This document shows positions 19,192 to 29,103 of a DNA stretch of 64,000 nucleotides, piece after piece. A model generated the notes under the pieces. The model did no database searches. It saw only the letters and a list, made by a program, of their open reading frames with translations, and was not told the origin of the DNA. A program made the position numbers and the translations under genes. Positions within the stretch are counted from its first letter, which is position 1; every line of letters begins with the position of its first letter. The DNA is from an uncultured virus (IMG/VR IMGVR_UViG_3300023184_009405) (taxonomy: Duplodnaviria; Heunggongvirae; Uroviricota; Caudoviricetes), in IMG/VR virus record IMGVR_UViG_3300023184_009405. One strand, written 5' to 3'.

Positions 19192-20565
19192 ATGGCTGTT
19201 AAAGTTATTGGATTTGAACATTTGCATTTGCATACTACTACAGGAAGCTTACTTGATGGTTTTGGATTGCCAATTGAATATGCTAATCGCTGGCAACATC
19301 ATGGTCAGTTTTTATGTATAAGTGATCACGGTACATTAAATGCAGTACCGCTTCAAATTAAAGCTTGTGATGAAATAAATGATAGTAAAAAAACAAAGGC
19401 ATTACAGCCAATTTACGCATGTGAACTTTATGTAAATCGCATGCATTTTGAGCCTACTGCAAATGAAAAACAAAGAAGCGTTTTTATGGAAAGGCTATCT
19501 CCAGAAGAATTAAGTGAATTTAAGATTAAAGGCAATCACCTTCTTGCGATAGCAATTAATCAAGAAGGATACAAGAACCTTGTTAGAATGAGTTCTTGGG
19601 GGTTTATGAATGGGTTTTATTCTAAACCAAGAGTCAACTATGAAATATTAATTAAACACAAGGAAGGCATCATATTTACTTCTTGTTGTTATGCAAGCGA
19701 AATAGGCAGAGCATTTGAAAATAAAGGATGTGAAGCTGCTGAAGAAGTATTAGTTAGATATATGGGTATGTTTAAAGGGCAGTTTTATTTAGAGATTATG
19801 CTTTTGGATTTTAAAAAACAAAAACCATATGATATTTTTATTTTGAAAATGAAAGAAAAATATAATCTTCCTTTGATAGTAAGCAACGATGTGCATTATT
19901 GCCTACCAGAAGATTCTCATTATCAAAGATTAATGTTAATGATACAAACTGGCAGAACAGTTCCAGAAATAAAAAAAATGATTGAATCTAAAGATGATTC
20001 TGTAAACGATTTATTTGAATTACAAGATTCAAATCTTTGGATGAAAACCGAAGAAGAATTAAATCAAATGTGGCTTGAAAAATATAGTGATGCTATTCCT
20101 TTGGAAATATTTGAAGAAGCAAAAAAGACAACTGTAGATATTTGTCAGATGGCAAAAGGTGTAGAGTTAGACAGGAGATTGAAGTTTCCGCAATTACCAA
20201 ATGAAGAAGAATTATTAAAAGAAGAAATCAACAAAGGTGTTAAATTTAGAAATATTCCAAGAACAAAAGAATACCTTCTCAGAATACAAGAAGAATATGA
20301 CTTGGTTTGCAGGAAAGGATTTGCTTCTTATTTTTTAATAGTTCAAAAAATGACAAGTGAAGCAAGAAGAGTGGCACCAAAAATACTAGGGTTTGGCGAT
20401 GGGCGGGAAGCTGTTGGTCCTGGCAGAGGTTCGGCTGTGGGATCTTTGGTTTTATATTTAATGGGAGTTACTGATGTTGATCCAATAAAAGAAGACTTGT
20501 TGTTTAGTAGGTTTTTAAGTGATGCCCGTGGTGGCAAACAGTACAAATTAAGATTTTCTGATTAA
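19192..20565 (+). CDS. dnaE: DNA polymerase III alpha, N-terminal half (PHP domain plus start of palm)
   Basis: HLHLHT..SLLDG, ISDHG, NDVHY, GFASYFL, GPGRGSAVGSLV, DP...LLFSRFL, then stop. Confidence 0.92.
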   Translation: MAVKVIGFEHLHLHTTTGSLLDGFGLPIEYANRWQHHGQFLCISDHGTLNAVPLQIKACDEINDSKKTKALQPIYACELYVNRMHFEPTANEKQRSVFMERLSPEELSEFKIKGNHLLAIAINQEGYKNLVRMSSWGFMNGFYSKPRVNYEILIKHKEGIIFTSCCYASEIGRAFENKGCEAAEEVLVRYMGMFKGQFYLEIMLLDFKKQKPYDIFILKMKEKYNLPLIVSNDVHYCLPEDSHYQRLMLMIQTGRTVPEIKKMIESKDDSVNDLFELQDSNLWMKTEEELNQMWLEKYSDAIPLEIFEEAKKTTVDICQMAKGVELDRRLKFPQLPNEEELLKEEINKGVKFRNIPRTKEYLLRIQEEYDLVCRKGFASYFLIVQKMTSEARRVAPKILGFGDGREAVGPGRGSAVGSLVLYLMGVTDVDPIKEDLLFSRFLSDARGGKQYKLRFSD

Positions 20566-21140
20566 TCTAAATTATTTATTATTTTTTGTATTTCATTCAT
20601 TATTTCTTTTGTTAATACATCAGCTACTTTTTCATAGGTAGCACTTGGATGAAAATCAACATAAATTTTTATTCTGTGATTGTGAGGTTCAAAATCTTCA
20701 AGTTTTTTCAGATAGTGTTTTCTCATTCCACCTACCTCTGGTATTGTTTTGGCATAATCTAATTTTGATTGATAATCAGATTGTGCTTCTTCTTTTTCTT
20801 TTGCTATACCCATGTGATAAAAATCATTTATATTCACAGGTTTATCGAAATTTTTAAATTTATAATTCTTGTAATCAAGTAAAGCTTCGTCATGGTTGAA
20901 ACTATCATCAATTTCAGTTAACGATAGAAATAATGTAACATCTATGTCTTTTAATTCATTTTTATTGGTTTTATATGAAATGACAAAATCTTCAAAATCA
21001 GGATGATCTGTTTTTGGGTTTTTATTTGAGAAATATTTTTGAATTGCTTTTTTAATGATGGATTCAGAATCTTTTAGAATAACAGGATGTACCGATGCTT
21101 CTAAATAAAGTTTATTGTAAAAATCGTAAAAACTTCTCAT
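20562..21140 (-). CDS. Hypothetical protein with FYDFYNKLYLE N-terminal motif
   Basis: 192-aa ORF, AAGGA RBS; lies between the dnaE halves. Confidence 0.7.
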   Translation of the reverse strand: MRSFYDFYNKLYLEASVHPVILKDSESIIKKAIQKYFSNKNPKTDHPDFEDFVISYKTNKNELKDIDVTLFLSLTEIDDSFNHDEALLDYKNYKFKNFDKPVNINDFYHMGIAKEKEEAQSDYQSKLDYAKTIPEVGGMRKHYLKKLEDFEPHNHRIKIYVDFHPSATYEKVADVLTKEIMNEIQKIINNLD

Positions 21141-21185
21141 GCTTTTCCTTATTAATTGGTTGTCTAAATTATATTAATTTTATTG

Positions 21186-21203
21186 AATCATTGACCAATG
21201 ATT
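21186..21203 (-). promoter_or_regulatory. Bacterial SECIS-like hairpin
   Basis: UGA + 11 nt + AAUCAUU-GGUC-AAUGAUU; GGUC occupies positions 22-25 counting the U of UGA as 1. Confidence 0.7.
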
Positions 21204-22000
21204 TAAAATTTACCTCATCCTTTTTTAGACTTCTTCATTTCCATTTCTTCTGGTTGATTCTCTGGGTCTTCGATTGTAGTAATAATATCTTCTACATCAG
21301 TTTCGCCAGTATCAATATTTGTATCTCCTTCGTCTTCTTCACGATTATCCTCTTCTTCACCATTACTGATTTTTTCGAATTCTGGGAATTTCATCATAGC
21401 TTTGCACATTTTACCAAAGCAACCCTTACGCCTTGCTTCATGCATTAAAGCTCTTACGATATGGGGGTTTTTATTCATTACATAAACTAAATATTGAATT
21501 GCTTGGATTGGATCTGGATGGGAATTACCTGCATAGTAAGAAGTAATATGTGGAGCAATTTCATTTTCGCAGCCACAATGTTCATTTACCATTGTATTTA
21601 TAAAATCTTTAGTAGAAAAATCTTTAGTTGCTTCTATAAATGATTCATTATTTAATTTTGTAAAATTTACAATGTTATCTTTATCACCAACATTAGCAAG
21701 ACCATTTTCTAATTCCTTTGCAGAAGGTTGTTTAGCAGGTGCATAATAAGGATTTGGAGATGGTTTTACAGATTTTGGAACATCATAGCCTAAATTTTTA
21801 GAAATGTTTTTTTCTGGAGATTTGGGCTGTGAAGTTGGTATTTTATTCTTGTGTGCCAATGTTTTTTCATAATTATCAGCAGATACCTTTGAAGGATCTT
21901 TGTTGGTTTTTGAAATATCAAGATCAGCAGCTAAATTATCTGGCTTTGATTTAATTTTCTTTTTATTATCGAAATATTCGCTAAATTTTTTGAAGCTCAT
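21203..22000 (-). CDS. Protein with FKKFSE N-terminal motif; candidate selenoprotein ending ...KKSKKG-U-GKF (261 aa if UGA is a stop, 265 aa if read through)
   Basis: GGA TGA GGT AAA TTT TAA followed by the SECIS-like hairpin; TAAATA and AAGGGG upstream; internal CGC and C.....C. Confidence 0.7.
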
Positions 22001-22097
22001 GTTTATCCCCTTTTAAAATAAATTCTTATTGTATTTATGCTTTTTTGTGCTAAAATTAAAAGAATTATTAATAAAAAGGATTTAGAAAGGATTTAGC

Positions 22098-24641
22098 ATG
22101 TCAGAACAAGAAGTTTTGAAAAATTTATGCTTTGAAAATCTCAAAGTAAAAGTAAATCAAGATGATTACAAATTATATTCAAAAAGGCTAACCAATGAGC
22201 TTATTCAAATTGAAGTACAAGAAGAAACTAAATATTTTTTAGAATTATATAATATTTGTAAGAAATATGAAAAAAATCAAAATAATCTTATTGTTCCTTG
22301 GCTTTTAAATATTTGCTCTGATTTTAATATTAGTGAGGAAGCCAATTATAAGATGGGTGAATTACCAGATATTGATATAGATTATTTGCCACAAGTAAGA
22401 GATTATTTAAAAAATGAATGGGCTATCAATGAATTTGGCAGAGAATATGTTTGTAATATTGGAAACTATGGAACTTTTGGTCTTAAATCTACTTTCATTG
22501 ACATGGCTAGGGTTCATGGATTGGATAGAGGTGAAATATTAAATATAACTAAACAATTAAGACTTAAAGATGATGAAGGTCATGCCTTGGGATTTGAAAA
22601 AGCTTTAGAATTATATCCTGAATTGAAGATTTATTGTGAAAAATATCCTGATATTGCTTTGGCTGTTCAAAAATTGCTTCATAGAAATCGTTCTATGGGA
22701 AGGCATGCTGGTGGATTAATTATATCTTCAGAAAGGATTGATAATTTTGTTCCTCTTGCAAAAAATGCAAAAGATGAAACTTGTGCTAGTGCATGGGGTG
22801 AGGGATTGCATGGACAAGATTTAAGCCCTGTTGGTCTTATTAAAATGGACATGCTTGTAATTGATGTTTTGAATCAAATAGCATTAGCTTGTAAAATGAT
22901 CAAAGAGAGACATGACATACAAAATATTTCTGCTAATGTTGGAGAATGGGATTGGAGTGATTTAAGTTATTTAAACGATGAAGTATGCTTGAAAGCTGCC
23001 AGCGATGGAGATTTAAAAGGAATATTTCAATTTGATGGTGAAGGCATTAGAAATTTAGCAAGACATGCAAAAATAACTTCTTTTGATGATTTAGCTGCAT
23101 TAAATGCACTTTATAGACCTGGTTGTTTGTTAATGGGTATGGATAAAGCTTTTGCAAATAGAAAAAACAAAAGAGAAGATTATGAAATCCATCCATTACT
23201 TAAGCCAATTCTTGGAAAAACCTACGGAGTAATTTTATATCAGGAACAAGTCATGCAAGTTTTAAATGTTGCAGGAAGTATTCCTTTGCGTGATTGTTAT
23301 CAAGTGTTGAAGGCTATTTCTAAAAAGAAAGGATCAATTTTTGAAAAATATAAAAATATATTTTTAGAAAATGGAAAAATAAATTTAGGCTATAACGATG
23401 AAGAAATTAAAAATCTTTATGATTACCTTTTAAGTTTTTCTGAATACGGCTTCAATAAAAGTCATGCGTATGCTTACACATACATATCTGCACGACAGCT
23501 TTTTTTAAAATGTTACTACCCAATTGAATTTTTCTGTGCTTCTTTAATCACTGAAAAATCTGAATTAAAAGCAAAGGAAATGATAGTTGAAACAAATAAA
23601 AAAGGTATAGAAGTCTTGCCTATTTCTATAAATGCTTCTAATGTTGATTATGCAATTCAAGAAGGTAAAATTACAATTGGTTTTTCAAATATAAAAGGAA
23701 TAGGTATTGAGAAAGCCGAAAGAATTGTTGCGAACAAGCCATATATTGATTTATTTGATTTCTTACAGCGTTATGGTTCAGATGCAAATGTTTTAAAATC
23801 TTTGATTGCCTTGAATGTTTTTGCTGAATTTGAAAAAGATAAAACCAAAGAACAAATTTATATTTATTGGCTTAAATATTGTTACTTAGAGAAAAACATA
23901 AAAGATAAAATCAAAAGAAATCAAGTTTCTTTTGAAAATTTAAAAGAGAAAACAAAAGAGTTTTTACCAAGCAATTATTATGAAAAGATGCCATTTAAAT
24001 CTTCGGCATTTCAAAAATTGATTGCTTACTTTGAGTCTTTGAAAGAGCCTGAAAAATACAAAACTTCTATAAGTGGTCTAAAAAAAATATTAAAAAGTCT
24101 TCAAAGAATAGAAGATTATAAGCCAGAGAGCATCGTCAGAAAAATGGTTGAAGATATTCCAGATAATAAAGTTACCATAGACAAAGAATACATTGATTCT
24201 TTGTCACAAAATAATTATTGCGAAGAAAAATATTATGGTTTCATATGGAAGACAAATATTGAAACATCTCCTGATTTTATTGGTGGTTATACTGTAGAAG
24301 CATACAACCAATTGATTGAAGATGGTTATACTTTTGGAGTTTTAGAATTAGAAATTGAAAAAATAGAAAAAAGAAAAGGTCAAAAGAACAATTATTATCA
24401 AGTAACAGCATCTGATTTTAATTGTGAAAAAATAAAAATAAACATTTGGATGGATGATTATGAATTTTTTAAAGAAGAATTAAAACAAAGTAACTTAATT
24501 AAAGTACAACTTGAACCACCATCTGGTGGATTTCCTACATATTCTTTGAAGAGATTGTCGTGGGAAGAAAAAAGATCGAAGAAAAGGACAAAAAGTTCTG
24601 ATTTTAGAATTGTTTTAATGAGGAAGCAGATAAATGATTGA
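22098..24641 (+). CDS. dnaE: DNA polymerase III alpha, C-terminal half (catalytic palm, thumb, fingers, HhH, OB-like)
   Basis: LPDIDID, GRHAGG, LIKMDML, GIFQF, ALYRPG, YQEQVM, YGFNKSHAYAY, IKGIG. Confidence 0.93.
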   Translation: MSEQEVLKNLCFENLKVKVNQDDYKLYSKRLTNELIQIEVQEETKYFLELYNICKKYEKNQNNLIVPWLLNICSDFNISEEANYKMGELPDIDIDYLPQVRDYLKNEWAINEFGREYVCNIGNYGTFGLKSTFIDMARVHGLDRGEILNITKQLRLKDDEGHALGFEKALELYPELKIYCEKYPDIALAVQKLLHRNRSMGRHAGGLIISSERIDNFVPLAKNAKDETCASAWGEGLHGQDLSPVGLIKMDMLVIDVLNQIALACKMIKERHDIQNISANVGEWDWSDLSYLNDEVCLKAASDGDLKGIFQFDGEGIRNLARHAKITSFDDLAALNALYRPGCLLMGMDKAFANRKNKREDYEIHPLLKPILGKTYGVILYQEQVMQVLNVAGSIPLRDCYQVLKAISKKKGSIFEKYKNIFLENGKINLGYNDEEIKNLYDYLLSFSEYGFNKSHAYAYTYISARQLFLKCYYPIEFFCASLITEKSELKAKEMIVETNKKGIEVLPISINASNVDYAIQEGKITIGFSNIKGIGIEKAERIVANKPYIDLFDFLQRYGSDANVLKSLIALNVFAEFEKDKTKEQIYIYWLKYCYLEKNIKDKIKRNQVSFENLKEKTKEFLPSNYYEKMPFKSSAFQKLIAYFESLKEPEKYKTSISGLKKILKSLQRIEDYKPESIVRKMVEDIPDNKVTIDKEYIDSLSQNNYCEEKYYGFIWKTNIETSPDFIGGYTVEAYNQLIEDGYTFGVLELEIEKIEKRKGQKNNYYQVTASDFNCEKIKINIWMDDYEFFKEELKQSNLIKVQLEPPSGGFPTYSLKRLSWEEKRSKKRTKSSDFRIVLMRKQIND

Positions 24642-25101
24642 AGAAAAAGTTTTAATCGAAGAATCTAATGTAGACAATGATTTAATTATAGATGAAAGTA
24701 ATTTCTCGCAATATTTTCGAGATGCTTCTAAATTTGCTCCACAAAAAGGGGATGTCTTGGTTTGTTACAGAGCAAATGCTGATTTTGTTTATGGTGATTT
24801 AAAAAAAGATGTAGTTGATTTATTGTCTAATTCAACATTTGGGGCTAAAACTAGCATACAAATTATTAAAAAATTGGCTAAAACTAATGAAAAAGAAGCT
24901 GTTTTATTGACTAGAAAAATATGTGAAGATTTATATGGTGGTATGACAGAAGATGAAGTATTAGCAAAACCATATTCTTATTTATTTGAAATGTTTTTCT
25001 TTGCTAAAAAACAACATATTCCAGCTGATGATAAGCATTGGGAATGCATGACTATAACTAATCTAGGCGAATATTTAGAAAAGAGGGGGAGCTTGTCTTG
25101 A
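24634..25101 (+). CDS. Hypothetical protein
   Basis: 155-aa ORF coupled to dnaE. Confidence 0.7.
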   Translation: MIEEKVLIEESNVDNDLIIDESNFSQYFRDASKFAPQKGDVLVCYRANADFVYGDLKKDVVDLLSNSTFGAKTSIQIIKKLAKTNEKEAVLLTRKICEDLYGGMTEDEVLAKPYSYLFEMFFFAKKQHIPADDKHWECMTITNLGEYLEKRGSLS

Positions 25102-25283
25102 ACCCAGTAGCAATGATAAAATGTAACAAGTGTAATTTCTATAAACTAATTAACAAAGGAGAAGAGTTTGGTATTAAAGATATTTTCGAATATCCTAATT
25201 CATGCTCATCTTGTGTATCAACAAGGAAATTCAGATGTCCAACTTGCGGGAAGATAATAAAATTAATAAAAATAAGAAATTGA
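25098..25283 (+). CDS. Small zinc-ribbon protein
   Basis: Three CxxC pairs; TTG start after GAGGGGG. Confidence 0.65.
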   Translation: MNPVAMIKCNKCNFYKLINKGEEFGIKDIFEYPNSCSSCVSTRKFRCPTCGKIIKLIKIRN

Positions 25284-26497
25284 AAAATTTTGTGTTTTTC
25301 AACAGAGATTATACAGCTGGTGATTACAAATTAACAAAAAAAGAAAAAAGATTAAAAAATATTAATTTTAAAAAAGTTATATTTAATAAATCTAAAGGAA
25401 ATAATAAAAATTTAATAGTTTGTTGTTTCAGTGAATTTGGATGTGAAACAGTTGGCATACATTATGTTTTACCAAGAATCAGAAAAAATAACCCAGATAA
25501 AAGAATTATAGTTGTTGGTTGGGTAGGAAGAAGTTTTTTATATTCTCATTTAGCAGATGAATTTTGGGAAATTGATTCTGATTTAATGTGGCTTAAAGAT
25601 TATTCTAGAGCTTTTCATCATGAATCTAAAAACATCAAATGGGTTGAAAAACATTTGAAAAAATTTGGAGAAGTTATTACAAGTGTAGAATTGGGTAATA
25701 TTGCTTTAATTGGAAAATGTAGAAATTGTAATAATGTATTCGGATCAGACAGAGTTTATACAAATTGCGAACATTGTAATTCTGATAATTTAGAACTTTC
25801 TTTATTTTCTGATACTCCAAATACAAGAAATACCTACAGATCTGTGTCTTATCCAAGACTATCAAAGATTAAAAAGGCTGGTAAAATAGTAAAAGAAAAC
25901 ACTGTTGCTTTATTTGTAAGAGGAAGAAATGTTTATGGAAGAAACTTAACTCCTGAGCAATACTATCTTGTAGTTTCTGATTTAATAAAAAGCGGTTATA
26001 ATGTTTTATGGCTTGGTGAAAAGTATACTACTTTTGATTTAAAAGGTGATTTTGGAGATAAGTTTTATAATTTGTGTAATCATCCTGATTTTAACGATAT
26101 TGAGTTTGTCTTGGCTGCACTTACACATTGTAAGTTTTCTTTGCAATTTTGGACTGCATCTACAAGGCTTTCGTCAATGGTAAATCTTCCGTATGTTTTG
26201 ATTGAATCACCAGATCAAATTGTTGGCAGAGGACAGGAAGGCACAAGATTGATTCTTACTACGAGAGATGAGGCAAACAAAAAAATAATATTTTGCAATC
26301 ACTTGAATGTAGTTGAAAATTTCTGGGATTTTAGAGGTTTGTTGAAAAATAGTATTTTTAATTTTGTAGTTAATCGTGATTTTACAGATGTTATAGGCAT
26401 GGTTGATAATTTTGAAACTGTAAAAAGTAATTATTTTCATAACGATGGATTTTGGAATAAAATATTTAAAAATTCAATGGCTAAATTTATTTATTAA
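25280..26497 (+). CDS. GT-B/GT9-like glycosyltransferase with a zinc-ribbon insert
   Basis: SEFG.E, VVGW.GR..LY, RGR..YGRN, WLGE; CxxC...CxxC insert; likely TTG start at 25280 (track extends to 25202). Confidence 0.55.
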   Translation: MKNFVFFNRDYTAGDYKLTKKEKRLKNINFKKVIFNKSKGNNKNLIVCCFSEFGCETVGIHYVLPRIRKNNPDKRIIVVGWVGRSFLYSHLADEFWEIDSDLMWLKDYSRAFHHESKNIKWVEKHLKKFGEVITSVELGNIALIGKCRNCNNVFGSDRVYTNCEHCNSDNLELSLFSDTPNTRNTYRSVSYPRLSKIKKAGKIVKENTVALFVRGRNVYGRNLTPEQYYLVVSDLIKSGYNVLWLGEKYTTFDLKGDFGDKFYNLCNHPDFNDIEFVLAALTHCKFSLQFWTASTRLSSMVNLPYVLIESPDQIVGRGQEGTRLILTTRDEANKKIIFCNHLNVVENFWDFRGLLKNSIFNFVVNRDFTDVIGMVDNFETVKSNYFHNDGFWNKIFKNSMAKFIY

Positions 26498-26505
26498 GGT
26501 AAAAA

Positions 26506-27651
26506 TTGAGCAGCTTAACTGTATCTGATTTTTTGAAAATAACCTCTAACAAATTAAATTTCGTTAGAGAAAAATATGTAGAAAAAAATATACCAAATAA
26601 CTTTGATCAAATATGCATATTTTTTAACATTGGTGATTTAAGAAGCACTGTTTCTCTTTCTTCTATGCTATTGCCTAGGTTTAGAAAAGAAGCAAAATCT
26701 CTGAGATATTTTATTGTTTTTGGATATGCTGGGTTTAGTGCTTTGTATCCTTACGCAGATGAATATTGGTCATTTAATACTGATAATTTTGCAAAAGTTT
26801 ATAACTCTTCATCTAATTATGATAATAATTCTGAATTTAAAAATATTTATTTGAGACATTTAAACGAAAACTTTAGAGAAGTAATAAAGGCTGATGTATT
26901 TTCAGAAGTGTATAATACTTTTTTTCTAAATAAATTTTGGGAAAAAAACAAAAATATTAGAATTATATTGCCTCAAGTAATGAATAATCTTGCTAACGAT
27001 GATGTTATAACTGCTAGATTTAATGGATTGAAAAACAAAAGAAAATTATTTATTTTTCCTAATAAGACAATGCAAGTAATTAGGAAGGGGACTCTTGTAC
27101 ATCAAGAAATAAAGCAAGAATTTTGGGTGAATCTTGTAGAAAGATTACTGCAAAACAATGTTGATTTGGTGTGTGTTAAACATTATTTAACACATGATAT
27201 TTCTTCGAACTTCATAGACAATAATAATATTTTATTTTTCAATGAAAAAGATATTAATAAAATTATGTCATTGATGAGAATGACTGGAATTACTCTTGAT
27301 TTTTTCTCTGGAATTTCAAGGCTATCAAATATTGCTAGAGTTCCTTTCATTCTTGTAGACGAAAGAATTAGATATTTCAATCATAGAGAATATGAATTTG
27401 AAGATGTTATTGGCAATGAAGTATTAGACAACGAAAGATTTTTTATATTCGCAGATTTAATTAATGTTAATAATGACTTGTATAGTAATATTGCTGGTAA
27501 TATAATAAGTAAGATTGATAAAATATTAAATATTAATAATGGAGTTTTATATTCAGAATACTCTGATAAATTATCTAATTATCAAAATGTTCGGTATCAT
27601 CAGTCTAAAAAAATGGGTCTTAAATTTTTAAAATTTCCAAAGGTAAATTAA
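26506..27651 (+). CDS. GT9-like glycosyltransferase (divergent)
   Basis: IGDL, G...LYPYADEYW, FSGISRL..IARVP; paralog-like to the upstream gene. Confidence 0.5.
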   Translation: MSSLTVSDFLKITSNKLNFVREKYVEKNIPNNFDQICIFFNIGDLRSTVSLSSMLLPRFRKEAKSLRYFIVFGYAGFSALYPYADEYWSFNTDNFAKVYNSSSNYDNNSEFKNIYLRHLNENFREVIKADVFSEVYNTFFLNKFWEKNKNIRIILPQVMNNLANDDVITARFNGLKNKRKLFIFPNKTMQVIRKGTLVHQEIKQEFWVNLVERLLQNNVDLVCVKHYLTHDISSNFIDNNNILFFNEKDINKIMSLMRMTGITLDFFSGISRLSNIARVPFILVDERIRYFNHREYEFEDVIGNEVLDNERFFIFADLINVNNDLYSNIAGNIISKIDKILNINNGVLYSEYSDKLSNYQNVRYHQSKKMGLKFLKFPKVN

Positions 27652-27652
27652 A

Positions 27653-27988
27653 ATGAGAAGAAAATATAATGTCAGAGTTGAAGTTAAAGGTTATCATTAC
27701 AATTCTTCAAGCACGACAACAGAAAAACAATTTAAAATTTTAATGTCAGAATTTCGCAAAGCTTGTCATGCTTCTGGTATTATTAAAGAAATGAAGAAGC
27801 GTGAATTTTATGAATCTCCAAGCGAAAAGAAAAGAAGACTTAAAAAAGAACAAGAATTAAATTTGTTTAAACAAAAAATGAAGGAAAGTTTTGTTTCTAG
27901 TGGCAATGGTTCTAATATAAGTGGATCTAATTTCAGTGGACCTAATAATAGCGGTAACAGTTTTAATAAAAAACCAAAAGGCAAGTAA
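27653..27988 (+). CDS. rpsU: Ribosomal protein bS21 with Asn/Gly/Ser-rich C-terminal extension
   Basis: FRKAC..SGIIKEMKKREFYESPSEKKRR. Confidence 0.88.
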   Translation: MRRKYNVRVEVKGYHYNSSSTTTEKQFKILMSEFRKACHASGIIKEMKKREFYESPSEKKRRLKKEQELNLFKQKMKESFVSSGNGSNISGSNFSGPNNSGNSFNKKPKGK

Positions 27989-27990
27989 TA

Positions 27991-28257
27991 ATGCGACCTA
28001 TTAAAAAAGAAAAGAATTTTTGGGTTTCTCTTGATAATGAAGATTACGAAAAGCTAAATATTTTGGCTGAATCTAAAAATATTCCATTAAAAGAATTTGC
28101 TGGAAGCATTTTAAAGAAAAATTTAATTTGCGACAAAGAAATTGCTGTAATTTTAAAAATACCAAAGGAAAAAATTAGTTCCACGGAGAGCTTGCAAGAA
28201 TGGATGAGTCAGCAAACAAAAGTATTAATTGGTTTATTAAGCAAAAAAAAGAACTAG
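27991..28257 (+). CDS. Small hypothetical protein (possible ribbon-helix-helix)
   Basis: VSLDNEDYEKLNILA...PLKEFA..IL. Confidence 0.55.
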   Translation: MRPIKKEKNFWVSLDNEDYEKLNILAESKNIPLKEFAGSILKKNLICDKEIAVILKIPKEKISSTESLQEWMSQQTKVLIGLLSKKKN

Positions 28258-28742
28258 AAGTAGTTTCTGCTTTAAATATCCCAATTAAAGAAGATGTTTT
28301 ATATGCTAAAGATCAGAATCTTATAGAGATAGCCAAAATTTCTTTGTTAATGCAAAATATTTGCTTGAAAGAAAATGGAGTTGGTTTATCTGCTGTGCAA
28401 CTTGGAATACCTTATAAGATTTTTATTGCTAAAAATTATGATATATCAAATGAATTTTATACTTTTGTAGATTGTCAATATGAAGGCATTGGCAATAAAA
28501 ATACATCTATTGAAGGATGTTTAAGTTTAAAAACCAAATCAAATCAGATTAAAAGATATAAACTTGAGAGATTTCCATCAGTTGTATTAAAAGGTCTATA
28601 TTTTAGCTTTGAAAATAACATGAATTTAATTCCTTTTGAAAAACAATATGATGGCTTTTTCTCAAGCATTCTTCAGCATGAAATAGATCATCAAAATGGC
28701 ATTTTGATTTCTGATATTGGAAAAGAAATGGATTTATATTAA
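28200..28742 (+). CDS. def: Peptide deformylase
   Basis: GVGLSAVQLG, EGCLS and QHEIDH motifs; exact start uncertain. Confidence 0.92.
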   Translation: MDESANKSINWFIKQKKELEVVSALNIPIKEDVLYAKDQNLIEIAKISLLMQNICLKENGVGLSAVQLGIPYKIFIAKNYDISNEFYTFVDCQYEGIGNKNTSIEGCLSLKTKSNQIKRYKLERFPSVVLKGLYFSFENNMNLIPFEKQYDGFFSSILQHEIDHQNGILISDIGKEMDLY

Positions 28743-29002
28743 TGCCATTATCTTTAAAGCAAATTGAATATATTTGTTTGCATGAAAATACCGATGGTAA
28801 AAAATGCAGATATTTGGCAAGAGATTCTAAAAAATCTAATAATTGGATTTGCTTAAAAAAAACAAATAAAAGACTGCTTATAGATAGAGAAGTTAATGAT
28901 TATAAATTAACAATGAAAAATTATATGACAGAAGAAATGCCTCCACTTGGAGATAACTGCGAAGGTTTTACAATAATGAAGCATTTAACTCAAGGCATTT
29001 GA
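28742..29002 (+). CDS. Cys-containing hypothetical protein
   Basis: 86-aa ORF, TAATG coupling. Confidence 0.65.
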   Translation: MPLSLKQIEYICLHENTDGKKCRYLARDSKKSNNWICLKKTNKRLLIDREVNDYKLTMKNYMTEEMPPLGDNCEGFTIMKHLTQGI

Positions 29003-29022
29003 AAAGTTTTTTAAAAAACTTA

Positions 29023-29050
29023 TTGACAATAAAAAATATTGAAATATCAT
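29023..29050 (+). promoter_or_regulatory. Sigma70-like promoter
   Basis: TTGACA-16 bp-TATCAT. Confidence 0.6.
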
Positions 29051-29103
29051 CTCTGTAAAGCTAAAGATTTAGCTTATTTAACATTTTAAGAAAGGATTTC
29101 AAG

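Noticed and set aside
20500..22360. Split intein or group I intron joining the dnaE halves
   Set aside because: No intein N- or C-terminal blocks; the gap holds two ordinary antisense genes with no homing-endonuclease motifs, and the second half has its own RBS. RNA splicing is not formally excluded.
29000..29021. TGA followed by a palindrome as a fourth SECIS
   Set aside because: AAGTTTTTTAAAAAACTT starts 1 nt after the stop, has no G in the loop and the wrong spacing, and abuts a TTGACA promoter.
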